Translations under genes and position numbers: made by a program
Shown: piece by piece, positions 13,262-27,159 of the stretch
Position numbering within the stretch: position 1 is the stretch's first letter
How the letters are laid out: each line of letters opens with the position of its first letter
The notes under the pieces: generated by a model
Databases searched by the model: none
The model's input: only the letters and a program-made list of their open reading frames with translations
What the model was told of the DNA's origin: nothing
Assembly: GCF_964355755.1 (NCBI RefSeq)
Contig: NC_092670.1
Location: 20,384,795 to 20,448,794, forward strand
Length of the DNA: 64,000 nt
Source: Antedon mediterranea
Taxonomy: Eukaryota; Animalia; Echinodermata
Direction: 5' to 3'

Positions 13262-16200
13262 CTATGTGTACTATATGATCAGTGTAGTCATAATTTGATA
13301 ACTCAGCACGCATCTGTAAATATCTACCTCATCAATAATTATCATTAATACTCTACATCACAGTGTTCGATATGACCAGTGTAGTCATAATTTGATAACT
13401 CAGCACGCATCTGTAAATATCTACCTCATCAATAATTATCATTAATACTCTACATCACAGTGTTCGATATGACCAGTGTAGTCATAATTTGATAACTCAG
13501 CACGCATCTGTAAATATCTACCTCATCAATAATTATCAATAATACTCTACATCACAGTGTTCGATATGATCAGTGTAGTCATAATTTGATAACTCAGCAC
13601 GCATCTGTAAATATCTACCTCATCAATAATTATTATTAATAATCTATATCACATTGTTAGATATGACCAGTGTAGTCATAATTTGATAACTGAGCACGCA
13701 TCTTTTAATATCTACCTCATCAATAATTATCATTAATACTCTACATCACAGTGTTCGATATGATCAGTGTAGTCATAATTTGCTAACTGGGCACGCATCT
13801 GTAAATATCTACCACATCAATAATTATTATTAATATCCTATATCACATTGTTGGATATGATCAGTGTAGTCATAATTTGATAACTGATCACGCATCTTCA
13901 AATATCTACCTCATCAATAATTATTATTAATAATCTATATCACATTGTTAGATATGACCAGTGTAGTCATAATTTGATAACTGAGCATGCACGCATCTTT
14001 TAATATCTACCTCATCAATAATTATCATTAATACTCTACATCACAGTGTTCGATATGATCAGTGTAGTCATAATTTGCTAACTGGGCACGCATCTGTAAA
14101 TATCTACCACATCAATAATTATTATTAATATCCTATATCACATTTTTGGATATGATCAGTGTAGTCATAATTTGCTAACTGGGCACGCATCTTTTAATAT
14201 CTACCACATCAATAATTATTATTAATAATATATATCACATTGTTGGATATGATCAGTGTAGTCATAATTTTATAACTGATCACGCATCTTTATATATCTA
14301 CCGCATCAATAATTATTATTAATATCCTATATCACATTGTTCAATATGATCAGTGTTATAGTCATAATTTGATAACTGAGCAGCACGCATCTTTAAATAT
14401 CTACCTCATCAATAATTAATATTAATATCATATATCACATTTTCGATATGATCAGTGTAGTCATAATTTGATAACTCAGCACGCATCTGTAAATATCTAC
14501 CTCATCAATAATTATTATTAATAATCTATATCACATTGTTAGATATGACCAGTGTAGTCATAATTTGATAACTGAGCACGCATCTTTTAATATCTACCTC
14601 ATCAATAATTATCATTAATACTCTACATCACAGTGTTCGATATGATCAGTGTAGTCATAATTTGCTAACTGGGCACGCATCTGTAAATATCTACCACATC
14701 AATAATTATTATTAATATCCTATATCACATTGTTGGATATGATCAGTGTAGTCATAATTTGATAACTGATCACGCATCTTCAAATATCTACCTCATCAAT
14801 AATTATTATTAATAATCTATATCACATTGTTAGATATGACCAGTGTAGTCATAATTTGATAACTGAGCATGCACGCATCTTTTAATATCTACCTCATCAA
14901 TAATTATCATTAATACTCTACATCACAGTGTTCGATATGATCAGTGTAGTCATAATTTGCTAACTGGGCACGCATCTGTAAATATCTACCACATCAATAA
15001 TTATTATTAATATCCTATATCACATTTTTGGATATGATCAGTGTAGTCATAATTTGCTAACTGGGCACGCATCTTTTAATATCTACCACATCAATAATTA
15101 TTATTAATAATATATATCACATTGTTGGATATGATCAGTGTAGTCATAATTTTATAACTGATCACGCATCTTTATATATCTACCGCATCAATAATTATTA
15201 TTAATATCCTATATCACATTGTTCAATATGATCAGTGTTATAGTCATAATTTGATAACTGAGCAGCACGCATCTTTAAATATCTACCTCATCAATAATTA
15301 ATATTAATATCATATATCACATTTTCGATATGATCAGTGTAGTCAGAATTTGATAACTGATCTCGCATTTTATATAGCTACCGCATCAATAATTATTATT
15401 AATATCCTATATCACATTGTTGGATATGATCAGTGTAGTCATAATTTGATAACTGATCACGCATCTTTAAATTTCTACCTCATCAATAATTAATATTAAT
15501 AATCTTTATCACATTGTTGGATATGATCAGTGTAGTCAGAATTTGATAACTGAGCACGCATCTTTTAATATCTACCACATCAATAATTATTATTAATATC
15601 CTATATCACAGTGTTCGATATGATCAGGGTAGTCATAATTTGATAACTGAGCACGCATCTTTTAATATCTACCACATCAATAATTATTATTAATAATATA
15701 TATCACATTGTTCGATATGATCAGTGTAGTCATAATTTAATAACTGATCACGCATCTTTATATATCTACCGCATCAATAATTATTATTAATATCCTATCA
15801 CATTGTTCAATATGATCAGTGTAGTCATAATTTGATAACTGATCACACATCTTTAAATTTTTACCTCATCAATAATTAATATTAATAATCTTTATCACAT
15901 TGTTGGATATGATCAGTGTAGTCAGAATTTGATAACTGAGCACGCATCTTTTAATATCTACCTCATCAATAATTATTATTAATATCATATATCACATTGT
16001 TGGATATGATCAGTGTAGTCGTAATTTGATAACTGAGTACGCATCCTTAAATATCTACCTCATCAATAATTATTATTAATATCCTATATCCCATTGTTGG
16101 ATATGATCAGTGTAGTCGTAATTTGATAACTGAGCACGCATCTTTCAATATCTACCTCATTATATATCTTATATCACATTGTTGGATATGATCAGTGTAG

Positions 16201-16755
16201 TCAGAATTTGATAACTGAGCACGCATCTTTTAATATCTACCTCATCAATAATTATTATTAATATCATATATCACATTATATATATATATATATTTCTATG
16301 TTTTTTTGTTGTTGTAATTATTATTTTATGTTTATTGCCGAAATGAATAAAATAATAATAAATATTGTTGGATATGATCAGTGTAGTCGTAATTTGATAA
16401 CTGAGTACGCATCTTTAAATATCTACCTCATCAATAATTATTATTAATATCCTATATCCCATTGTTGGATATGATCAGTGTAGTCGTAATTTTATAACTG
16501 ATCACGCATCTTTATATATCTACCTCATCAATAATTATTATTAATATCCTATATCACAGTGTTCGATATGATCAGTGTAGTCATAATTTGATAACTGAGC
16601 ACGCATCTTTATATATCTACGGCATCAATAATTAATATTAGTAATCTATATCACATTGTTGGATATGATCAGTGTAGTCATAATTTGATAACTGAGCACG
16701 CATCTTAATATCTACCTCATCAATAATTATTATTAATATCCTATATCACATTGAT
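13262..16755 (+). repeat. 97-bp satellite array (~35 copies) with an 882-bp higher-order duplication
   Basis: Unit GATATGATCAGTGTAGTCATAATTTGATAACTGAGCACGCATCT...CTCATCAATAATTATTATTAATATCCTATATCACATTGTT, period 97 (13369, 13466, 13563). Rare variants recur at +882 (13981/14863 and 14351/15233). Confidence 0.95.
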
Positions 16756-17014
16756 CTTTTAATTTCTTAGTTTATACTGTGAATTCCATCAATTTAACTT
16801 ATATTGACATTTTTTACCCACAAAAAGTCACACTGCTATTTCGAAAAAATTAGTTAAAAATTGTTTTTAGATATGATTATATTAGTGATATATATAATAT
16901 TAAGTGGTTTGAAGGATGTTTGTGGATGGCTTTTTTAGGTTTGAATTAGTTTTATTCAGTTTAACTGTTAAAGCTCAGTTATCAAATTATGACTATTTAT
17001 ATCATCATCAATAA

Positions 17015-17180
17015 CAAGCCGATTTTCCACTAGGCGAATTTGTTCGCGCGAATCGAACGCGCCAGCTTGTACGCATGTGTATTATTCATGTTTACGTCTT
17101 CCAAATCCTTCTCTACGCATGCGTATTAGCTGACGCCTTCGATTCGCGCGAACAAATTCGCCTAGTGGAAAATCGGCTTG
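17015..17180. mobile_element. MITE with ~43-bp TIRs (Harbinger-like)
   Basis: CAAGCCGATTTTCCACTAGGCGAATTTGTTCGCGCGAATCGAA and its reverse complement ending at 17180. Confidence 0.85.
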
Positions 17181-17195
17181 AGCTACATTAGACAC

Positions 17196-17238
17196 CAAAG
17201 ATTGTATAGCGCCGCGTAGCGGCGCTATACAATCTTTG
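17196..17238. mobile_element. 43-bp hairpin mini-element with a 9-bp target-site duplication
   Basis: ATTAGACAC-[CAAAGATTGTATAGCGCCGC GTA GCGGCGCTATACAATCTTTG]-ATTAGACAC. Confidence 0.85.
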
Positions 17239-18815
17239 ATTAGACACAGTAAATACTGATTTAAAACAACCAGGTATTGTTTTAGTTAGTTTAGTTTTTT
17301 AGTCTAATCATCTATGCAAATAAATAGTTTTACACTTTATTTAAATTAAAATGTATGTATTTCTCAAAAATTCTATTTTTATTTTGTATTGATGTATTGT
17401 TATATTTATGTTCAGGATGCAGCATTACCGAGATGTTGGTAATATTGTTTTATTTACTATTAATGTATCTAAACCTAGTTGATATCATAAGATCGCGCGG
17501 TACCTACTATAACTTCGGAAAAGAACTGTTGCTGTTTCTCGACATCCAATCACTATTGATCGTCCTCAGAAGATCGTCTTCTGGTCGGCAACCTTTCAAA
17601 ACCAAGTTTATTGTTACAGCTTGTAATTAAAATTTCTTGATGATAAAAGTAGGGCCTATAGGCTATATATAAGACCAAAGTTTTGAAAATGTGCCTCATC
17701 AATCATATATCAATCATTATATCGGATATAATCTCATTTCGTTTTTCACAAAATATGCACGCGTCTTTTAACAGGTATACCTCTCTCGTCAATAATAATA
17801 ATTAATACAATTTAATTACAATGTCAGAAAGGATCAGTAATTAAGTAATAAATGACAGCTGAGCACATTTCTTTTATCTGCTTTTTTAACCGTAATATCA
17901 TTCTTCCTCTCATGAAATGAGATCTATTTGCAACATACGGTATTGACAGTTAATTTAACTATTAATATACAAATAGACACAGTATATCTGAATATCAATT
18001 CAGACACTGTAGGATGCGTATAATGAGAATTATAAATACGTATATTCAGCTGGATATTAAACAAAGACGCATGCATTTATTTATTAGAAATTATTAAACT
18101 TGCAGCCAATCATCAAGAAACATTATTTTTGCACTGTATCTAATAACGTTGACGCATCGATCGCACTACGACGCGTGGTCTTTATTAACGTACGGTCTAG
18201 ACAATTATCTTTAGGATGGGAAAAAGAACTGAAAAAACTAAGAAGATCGAATATACCAGGAGGAGTATAGGTTCCGTTAGGAAGAAAGTAGGTTATATCC
18301 TTTATTTTAGACTTAGGTATATCCTAGTTTAGTTAGAGTTAGGCCTAGGCCTAATTAATAACCGGAGTAAAATAAAACCCGATCAACTCAAGATATTCAC
18401 ATCATTCACATCCAACCTTTTCATGATACAGTTAATGCTGTCGGGGTTATCGCTTTTGGCCATTTAAAAAAAAATTTCCCAGGACTATATCGTCTTTGAA
18501 TAAAAATGAATATTCATAATAAAAAGAATATAAAAAAGGTATAGAATATTGTTTACTGAAGAAAGGGTACATTCCCGAAGGAGCGAAAATTGATTACTAG
18601 GGCCTATGCTACACTTCATAGTTAGTACATATGGAACGCGTTTTAGGCAAATGTAAAATATTCAATATACAATTTCGTATCTAGGCCTATTATATAGGCC
18701 TATTTAAATAAAATGTTATTCAAGTTTATTCGAAGGAGGCATTTATTTGAGGGAGGCGTTTATGGTTTTGTGTTTTAATATATCAAATCATATCACTGTA
18801 GTATCTCATCTCAAT

Positions 18816-18835
18816 CATGGAGGTATACCTCCATG
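18816..18835. mobile_element. 20-bp palindromic mini-insertion/footprint with a 7-bp TSD
   Basis: TCTCAAT-[CATGGAGGTATACCTCCATG]-TCTCAAT. Confidence 0.7.
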
Positions 18836-21004
18836 TCTCAATGATCAAATAAATTCTTCCTAAATAAACAATTAATATCCAAACATTCTAACAAACAGTA
18901 AGTCACTAAGTGGATGGGTTAAAGTTTGCATCTAATTTACTTCACTCTTAAATTGTCTATAAAACTTAACAAACTTAAGTTTTGTACCAAATTTTATAGT
19001 AGGTGAAGTTGACATAATGAGTTTAACAAAAAAGTTAGTTTGCAATCACCCAGTAATACGGAATGTAACAATATAACAATATTTAAAGTTGTGTATATCT
19101 TTATTATTAGGTACACAAATTGAGTAAACGAAAGGTTGCAGTTGCCTGCCTCATCTTGTTTCAGTTTGCTGGTAATTTATAACACATGTTTATTTTTTAT
19201 TATGTAGAATATGTTATTGTTTTTTTTTTTAATTTGAAATTCCAATTTGTTTTATTACTGCTGTCTAATATACCAATGGGGTTTTTGTATAGGTTCACCA
19301 GAATTATGTCACATATTCAGAAGAGAAGAGGTCAAACCTCTCATCAACGAATGTGTTAATAAACACTTGGTTAAGGGTAAGTTCAAAACAATATATTTTT
19401 ACTGTCATGCAAGTAAAGACTCTTTTTTTTTTAGTAGGTTGTGGTATATTTGGGTTGCAAACAATGTCAATGATACATATAATAGTTTTTTTTATAATTT
19501 CAAATTATTGAAAGACAACATTTTTTGTTATAAGACTGGTTCAGTTTTCAGTACGGTAGATTGTTTTTTTTTGGGGGGGGGGGGGGGGGGGGGCGGTAAA
19601 TTTGAACAAGACATTACTCTAAGAAAATGTTCATATTAACAATTTTTTAATAAAACACATTATAACAGTTTAGATTAGTTGTTATAAAGTTTATAGCAAT
19701 GATTGAGTAGAAAACAAGTTTTATTTTTTAATACAATGTCCTTTTATAGAATAATTTAAGAAAACAATTACTTTTATACTTTAAATTCCCTACAGTATAT
19801 ATTTTACAATGTAAAGTAAAAAAGCAAACATATATGTTAACCTTGCTAATTACTTTGCTTATAAATTATTTAACACACATGTATTAGTTTATGTTATTGA
19901 TATTATTTATATTGCTGTATTCGGGGCCAATGGCATATGTATATAATAAATGTCAAGCAACAAACGATTAGCATGTTTATGTATTGACTAACAATTGATA
20001 TTAATTAAATTAATATGTATATGTTTAACCTATAGTTGTTTTTTGTCTGTTTATTTTCATTTAATATCTGTATATTTCTATAAATGTTAAAGCAATATTC
20101 ATAATTCATTTTTATATTTTATTTTTATTGTAATTCAATTTTCATACATAAACAGCAACATATATTACATGACAATGATGCAGCACCCTGAGGATTGCTA
20201 TGAGTGCTAAACACCATAAAATTGGCTTTCCATAAGTGCACCTCAAACATTTAAAAGTATAAACAAGAAAAATAAAGATATAAAAAATTGAATTTGTGTC
20301 AAAACTGAATACATATAGAGTAGCATACAAATTTGAATGCCATACAATTACTATTCACAGGCTAATGCATTTTTTTCTAAAACGTCTGTCATAAATATTT
20401 TTTCATTTTCAGACAAATTATGCTTTGGATAAACCTTATTTTTCAGAAGCATCATCACTCCCACCAACAGTAGAAGAACAAGAAGAAGTACAGGAAGATT
20501 TAAAAAAAATCTACCCACAAACTACTAGCAAGTGAACTTTAAGTTCTGGTTAGTAGGATGGTGTGCGGGCCAAATCAAGGTACACAATTATCAATACTTT
20601 ATAAGTAAAAAACTACAACAAAATTAACTAAACCATATTTTCATTTTATATGTATATTTACATATTATGTAATAAAATAAAACAAAACGTTATTTTTATG
20701 TTTTAGATCTGCACCGACGACATGGAGTGTATAAGGTGACAAATACGCCCAGGTGGTGGCCACAAGGAATCCCCTTTGGCTCACCAAATCAACCTGTGGA
20801 AGGTAGGTGCTTTAAGGTGGCATTTCAAGTTTATCGTTTGTTTTAATGTTAATTAATTTTTATTTTTTTAAATTTTAAAACCTACAGTATGTCACTGATA
20901 TACACAACTGTATTGTATTACTAGGCCTATTATTACTTTTTCAGATGGAAAATATTATTCCAAAAAAGAATTGCTGTAATTGCTGCTATTTTTTACACAA
21001 TCAG

Positions 21005-21500
21005 CAAGTTACTGATGAAAAGGTAAAAACATCTTCAATTATAAAAGACTTTGCTGTAAAAAATAATTGTGTTCCTTTTTCTTATGTTCTTCTGAACCTG
21101 TAATTGAGGAAAGGGTTAAATCAATTAGTCTTGATAATTTAACAAATAAAAATGTTTATTAAACCACATACAATATGGAAAGAATGAGTACATTTTTAAA
21201 ACTTACTCTTGTATCACACAGATTCTTGAACAAAAGGAGCCAAGTAGCAAACAGATTACCGATGAAAAGGTAAAAACATCTTCAATTATAAAAGACTTTG
21301 CTGTAAAAAATAATTGTGTTTCATTTTCTTCTGTTCTTCTGAACCTGTAATTGAGGACAGGGTTAAATCAATTAGTCTTGATAATTTAACACATACATAT
21401 GGAAAGAATGAGTACATTTTTAAAACTTACTCTTGTATCACACAGATTCTTGAACAAAATGAGCCGCAAAAAGCTAGTCCAATGAAACTTGAAAAGGTAA
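21005..21500 (+). repeat. Tandem duplication of an intron-exon module (~225-245 bp)
   Basis: GATGAAAAGGTAAAAACATCTTC...CACAGATTCTTGAACAAAA occurs twice. A diverged copy lies at ~26130-26245 and an inverted piece at 21590-21630. Confidence 0.85.
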
Positions 21501-21525
21501 AGTGGTATAGAACAATTTTGTAAGG

Positions 21526-21590
21526 TGTAATTGGAATCTATTTGGAAATTAAGCTAACTTAGCTTAATTTCCAAATAGATTCCAATTACA
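21526..21590. repeat. Perfect palindrome, 32-bp arms with a 1-nt spacer
   Basis: TGTAATTGGAATCTATTTGGAAATTAAGCTAA-C-TTAGCTTAATTTCCAAATAGATTCCAATTACA. Confidence 0.9.
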
Positions 21591-21630
21591 ATTGATTTAA
21601 ACCTGTCCTCAATTTGTACAGGTTCAGAAG

Positions 21631-24600
21631 CAGTGGCGTATCCAGTGGGGGGGGCGGGGTGCCCGGATTTTGAATCCGTCGGCACATCGCAGTCCGTCGG
21701 CAAAACAAAGGTGCCGGAAAAAAAATTAAGTTAGGCAAATAAGAATAAACTGCAGAAAAATTGTTGATATTTACATACCCGTTTCTCAAAAAGTATATTT
21801 GATAGCCATCATGAAATTTAAATTTAAATAAAATTACAACTTTCAAACCATTTTCCCACGGTCTGTAAAATTGCGGTCAAGTGTTTACGTGTATTTCAAA
21901 GAGCTTTCGGATTTTGGGGAAGATAACGTGACGTGACATCTTAATACTGATCTCACTCTGTTATTGCAACATCACTGTATACTAGTCGAAAGTCCCGGAT
22001 ACCAGTATTGCCAAGATGGAAAAACCAAGTAGAAAACGTATGCGAACAAAGTTACAATGTTGTGTTTGCAACGCCGTGTTTGACGATGATTATCGTACTA
22101 TACATAACCGAAAGTACCAAATGAATTACATCAAGAAAAAGAAATTTATCGAATATAAGGTAGCAAATGCACCTAAATCGCCGTTCGAATTAGCAGCTAG
22201 AAATCGCCCAAAAAGTTCAGCCTCAACTACGCCGTCGGCAGCAAGTGCGAATGCTTCGCCCACAATCCCCCGCCAACCGGCCGAGCCAGCAATACTTCCA
22301 GGAGTCGAATTTAAAGAAACTGCTGTCATTACAACAGTAGATACAGCTACAGAAGGTAAACCAAAAAAAAAAAGGATTTGTAAACGCTCCTTCGTACAAT
22401 TCATTTCTTTTTATAATAAGTTTTGAAAACCTAAATAAATTATATATTATCTCTTAAAGCTTATGAAACTACTATTTCAGAAATACCCTTAAACTTAAAG
22501 TTAGAACTTTATAATTCTCAGCACGTGATTTATTTAGTGTATAGTGTACAATAAGGCTACATAATTTTATGGTACATATTTGTCAAGTTGATATTTATTT
22601 GCTATTAAACTCGTACAATAAAGATAACCAAGTTGAAGTTTATCATTATTTAACATAATTATTGAAAAGACACCCCTTCCTTGTTGTCAGTTTGTGTTTT
22701 ATGTTGCAGAAGCCAGAACTTCGCAATATTCTGGGCATGTTGAACATGAGCTCGGCAGTGAGAGTACACAAGAAAGCATGCAGCTTTCATCATCTTCTGA
22801 ATCTGACACAATTAAACCTGAAGACATGTCTATTGATATGTCTAAGCTAGCTGAATCCCAGTCTTCACAGCCTGATGTACCAGTAGCGGAAAGTGTACAA
22901 AGTTCAATTAATTGGACAGAAATGCAACCTAATGATCCTGCACATTGGACCAATTTAGGATATAAAACAGAAACATCAAAGCTGCAAATGTGTCACATGG
23001 GTCTGCATTAATAATTGGAGTGGAGCTGTGGCTTGGTGGTTATGATGCTTGGCTACCAATCTAAGGGTCCTGGGTTCAAGTCCTGTCATATGTCAGGGTT
23101 TTTTCTCATGACAATTTACAACTCCACTCCCAAAGACTCAATAATAAGTCTTTGTTTATGTAGAGCATCTTGTGTATATGTTTGTCTTGTGAAATTATTA
23201 AATAGTTTATCCATCCTTTAATTGGCGGGTTACTCGCTGTTGGATGAGTATGAAATAAAATAAAATAAAAATAAAAATAAAAATATAAGCTTCCTACTTA
23301 TCGAACGAAAAAACAACATAATAGAATGCGTTCCTTCCAGAATACATGGTACACGCGTCAACTACCATCAGGAAATGTCACCAGAGATTGGCTAGAATAC
23401 TCTCCAGCAAAGGATGCTATGTTTTGTTTTGCATGCTCTGTGTTTGGAGGAACCAAATTGAGTAGTGAGGCAGATAATTGGACAACAGATGGTGTGTCCA
23501 ATTGGAAGAAGGGATTAGAAAAAATTGCAAAGCACGAACACTCAAAGCCTCATCTTGCAGCTGCCATTGCTTGGAAGATTTTGTAGCCAAAGGAAACATT
23601 TCTGAACAACTAGATGAACAAGCCAAGTTGCAGAAACAAAGGAAATTGAGCAAAACCGTGCAATTCTCACTAGATTGTTTTTTTCCTGGCAAAGCAAAAT
23701 CTGCCTTTCCGCGGACATGACGAAAGCGAAGAATCATTAAACAGAGGGAACTTTCTTGAATTAGTTGAATTACTAGCGAAATACGACCCTGTACTGCAAA
23801 ATCACGTGAAGGAAGCGAAAATAAATGAGCGATACTTTTCTCCTATAATACAGAATGACTTCATTGCAGCACTGTCAACTACTGTACGGAAGCACATCAT
23901 AGATCGTATAATTAAGGCCGACTGTTACAGCATAATCATGGATGAAACTTCCGACTGTGCCCGTGTTGAGCAAGTCTCGTTTGTTCTTAGGTATGCCCTT
24001 GAAGGAGAAACATACGAGTCGTTTCTCAAGTTCCAAAATGTCGAATCTACGACTGCTGAAGCGTTATTCAAATGTCTATGTGAGACGTTAAAGACATGGG
24101 GACTTGGTATCAAGAAGCTAAGAGGTCAGGGGTATGATGGAGCTAGTAACATGTCAGGCAGGTATAATGGCTTGAAAACCAAAGTCTTGAATGAAAATCG
24201 TAAAGCTTTGTATGTACATTGCAGCAATCACTGCCTTAATCTAGTCCTTGTAGCTGCTTTCAAATCCAATATCCTGTGCAAGAACTTTTTCGGGATAGTA
24301 GAACGACTGTATGTATTTATCGAAGCTAGTCCAAAACGAGATTCTATCTTTGTCAGATGTCAAAAAGAGCGAAACATACAGCATCCATCATCCCTGAAAA
24401 GACTTTCAGAAACCAGGTGGGCTAGTCACTGCGACTCCCTAAGGACAATTGAAAAAACTCTACCAGCATTGTTAGACGCTTTGGAGGAAATTGCAGAAGA
24501 GGAACATGACAGCAAAATTGTGTTGAATGCAATTGGTCTTTTGGAAAGTGTGTCTACGTTTGACTTCATTGCAGCTTTTACAGTTCTCAAAGACATCCTT

Positions 24601-25620
24601 GAGACAATTCGTGTGGCTTCTGCATTGCAAGAGCGAGGAATTGCAATAGATACAGCATTACAACTAATAGACGATGCTGAAAAAGCACTGGCAGATAAGA
24701 GAAGCGACGAATATTACAAGACATTAATGAGCAACGCAAAGAAACTTGCATCAAAGTGCGAAATTCCAACGGAGTTCAAACAACATCGTCAAAGACGACG
24801 AAAGCAACAAAGCGGTGAACTGGCAGGAGATGATGTACTCACACCTGAAGAGTCCTTTAAAGCTAATGTATTTATGGCTGCATAGACATGTGTCGGATGC
24901 AAATTAAGGAACGGTTTGCAGCAAATCGTGACATTCTAAAGGCATTCAGTGTTCTATTGACGCCATCTCTAATGAAAAAGAGAGACAATGAAACAGTCAC
25001 CAAGGAGCTGGAAGACCTCTCCAAAGTTTATGGATCTGGTCCACACCCAGATATCGATCCAGCAGTAAGATCCGAGTATGATGCATGGAAACAATATATT
25101 GTGAATGCACCTACAACCGAAATACCACAAAATGCATCGGCACAAGATATGTTTAAGTACTTGTTCCAGTCGACTCTACGGATTGTAATGCCCAATTTAT
25201 GCAATATTTTGTACAATACCCTCTACTTCGGAAGAGACGGAACGGAGCTTTTCAAAGCTAAAGATCATCAAAGATTACAGGCGATCTACTATGGGACAGG
25301 ACCGGCTTTCTGTACTAGCTATTCTATCAATAGAGAGAAAAATCGCAAAATCTATCAGCTTTGACCACGCTATACAAACTTTTGCAGAGATGCGACCACG
25401 CAAGATTAAATTAAACTAAAGAGTTGTTCAATATGTCACATAAAGCATACAGGTTTTTGTTATTGTATTGCATTTGTGCTGTATGCGAAATCCGCGCGTT
25501 TTATTTTTAAAAGTTAACCATTATTGTTGTATTCGGCAGCGGTTGATTTTTTTTTTCAAATTGTTTGATACAACTTGTGGGTACAATTTTGATTGTGTAA
25601 ATATATAAGATAGTACTGTA
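21631..25620 (+). mobile_element. hAT DNA transposon (ZMYM1/Tip100-like transposase), frameshifted; right end not found
   Basis: Left end CAGTGGCGTATCCAG. TTF zinc finger (WLEYSPAKDAMFCFAC..HEHSKPH), FRGHDE..NRGNFLEL (DUF4371), SIIMDETSD, GQGYDGASNMSG, HCSNHCLNL, ETRWAS and the C-terminal dimerisation motif (ERSFSKLK..STMGQDRL in a shifted frame). The right boundary is approximate. Confidence 0.9.
23018..23285 (+). mobile_element. tRNA-derived SINE inserted in the hAT transposase
   Basis: A box TGGCTTGGTGG, B box GGTTCAAGTCC and a (TAAAA)n tail at 23255-23285. Confidence 0.8.
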
Positions 25621-27159
25621 GTTATAATCATGTCTATGTCTAATTACTATATTTTTCTAACTAGTGAACTCCACTACTAAATGTAATAAAACATGTACTA
25701 TACAACCTATAACATATATTGATCACCAGCATGAATTTTGTCGGCAAATTGGCAATTCCCGGCAACTTATTTCTCCATGCTATAATTATAAATAACCACA
25801 GTGATTTTGTATATTTAGATGGCAACAAGAATTTTAAAAAATCTGGCCTCAAAAAGTTGCCGAGAAGACTTTGAAGATGAAGTCAATTCTGTTAGTAGTA
25901 TTCTGCCACAACTATTTGACATATTGAAGACTGATAAGTACCAAGAGAACTTCAAACCAAAAATTGATAACACCAATGGAACGGTTTGAAAAACATTTGT
26001 TTTTACATGTCATTGTATAACAGTGATCTATATTTGCCAACTAATTGAAAGTTCCTGTAGTGAAACTTATCCAATTATAAAAGATGTTTTCTTTCGAAAA
26101 GAATTCCATTTCATTTTTCACATTAATGAATTACCTGTAACTGAGGACAGTAATAAATCAATTAATCGTTGATAATTGTGATTAAACCACATATAACATG
26201 GAATGAATTAGTAAATTGTTAAAACTTTCACACAGATTCCTGACAAGAAAATTTTTTTTAAATGGTATCCGATGTTTAGCAGTAGATGTTAACGGAAACG
26301 GAGATTGCCTTTTCCATTCCCTTTCCAAGCTAATGTATGGTCATCAACATTTTTTCAAAGCTGTAGTTTCAAGTGTTGATCATTACCAACACATTATTGA
26401 TCAAGTAAGTGTATAGTAATTAACCTACCTTTTATATATTCTGCTATATTTATTTCATGTTACAAGCACATAACTGTGTACTGGTTTCATTACAGCTTCT
26501 GTCAATGATGCCACATGATGGTCAAAATTATGATGTTGGTTTCGCACAAACGTACATCTGTGACTGCTTGTCATCAGCAGAGTTGCTTTCAAAGAGACCA
26601 AAAGACAATCCGTCAGCCTTTGACTTGCTAAACTACGCAGTCAAGGCTGAGATAATGCAGACATCAAGAAAATGTTCGTACCCAGGTAAAATGACAGAAG
26701 AGCCATGACTTTTTTAATCGATAAAAAAAAATAAATAAACTAGAATTTAATTCATCACTTTGACAAATTATAGGTGATCATTTTAATAATTTTATTAATT
26801 TTGGTTATTTTCTAGGCCTTCTACAGATTCAATTCTCGGCCATGGCAATTAACCGAAAAATAAGTACTCATTTCGAAATGAACACAGACGAATCGTTTAT
26901 TACATCAACGCCATGTTGTCATGAGCATCAGTTAGACAATATTGCTATATTTTTTTGCAAGGCTAGTGAGGAATCTACATCAATGAACCACAAAGTCCCA
27001 TTAATGCAAATCTCAAGTTGCTATTATTATTATTTCAATAATGAACTTATTTGATGTTCCGGGTTTTTCTCATTCTCACAGATTTTCTCCTCTTTAAAAT
27101 TTCAAAATAATTAAATTTCAGTATATCACCGGGCGGTTTAGAATTAAAATGTTCTTAAA

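Noticed and set aside
13262-16755. CRISPR-like appearance of the regular arrays (also 49345-51445 and 53873-56225)
   Set aside because: The whole unit repeats with no unique spacers, there are no cas genes, and the context is eukaryotic. These are satellites.
19573-19596. Poly(G) run as a functional G-quadruplex or Gly-rich coding tract
   Set aside because: Simple intronic homopolymer downstream of the exon donor; no supporting context.
23018-23095. tRNA gene
   Set aside because: A and B boxes are present but the acceptor stem is poor, and it continues into a SINE body with a (TAAAA)n tail.
23326-25420. Host ZMYM1-like gene
   Set aside because: Multiple frameshifts and stops, a SINE insertion and a hAT terminus show it is a transposon relic.
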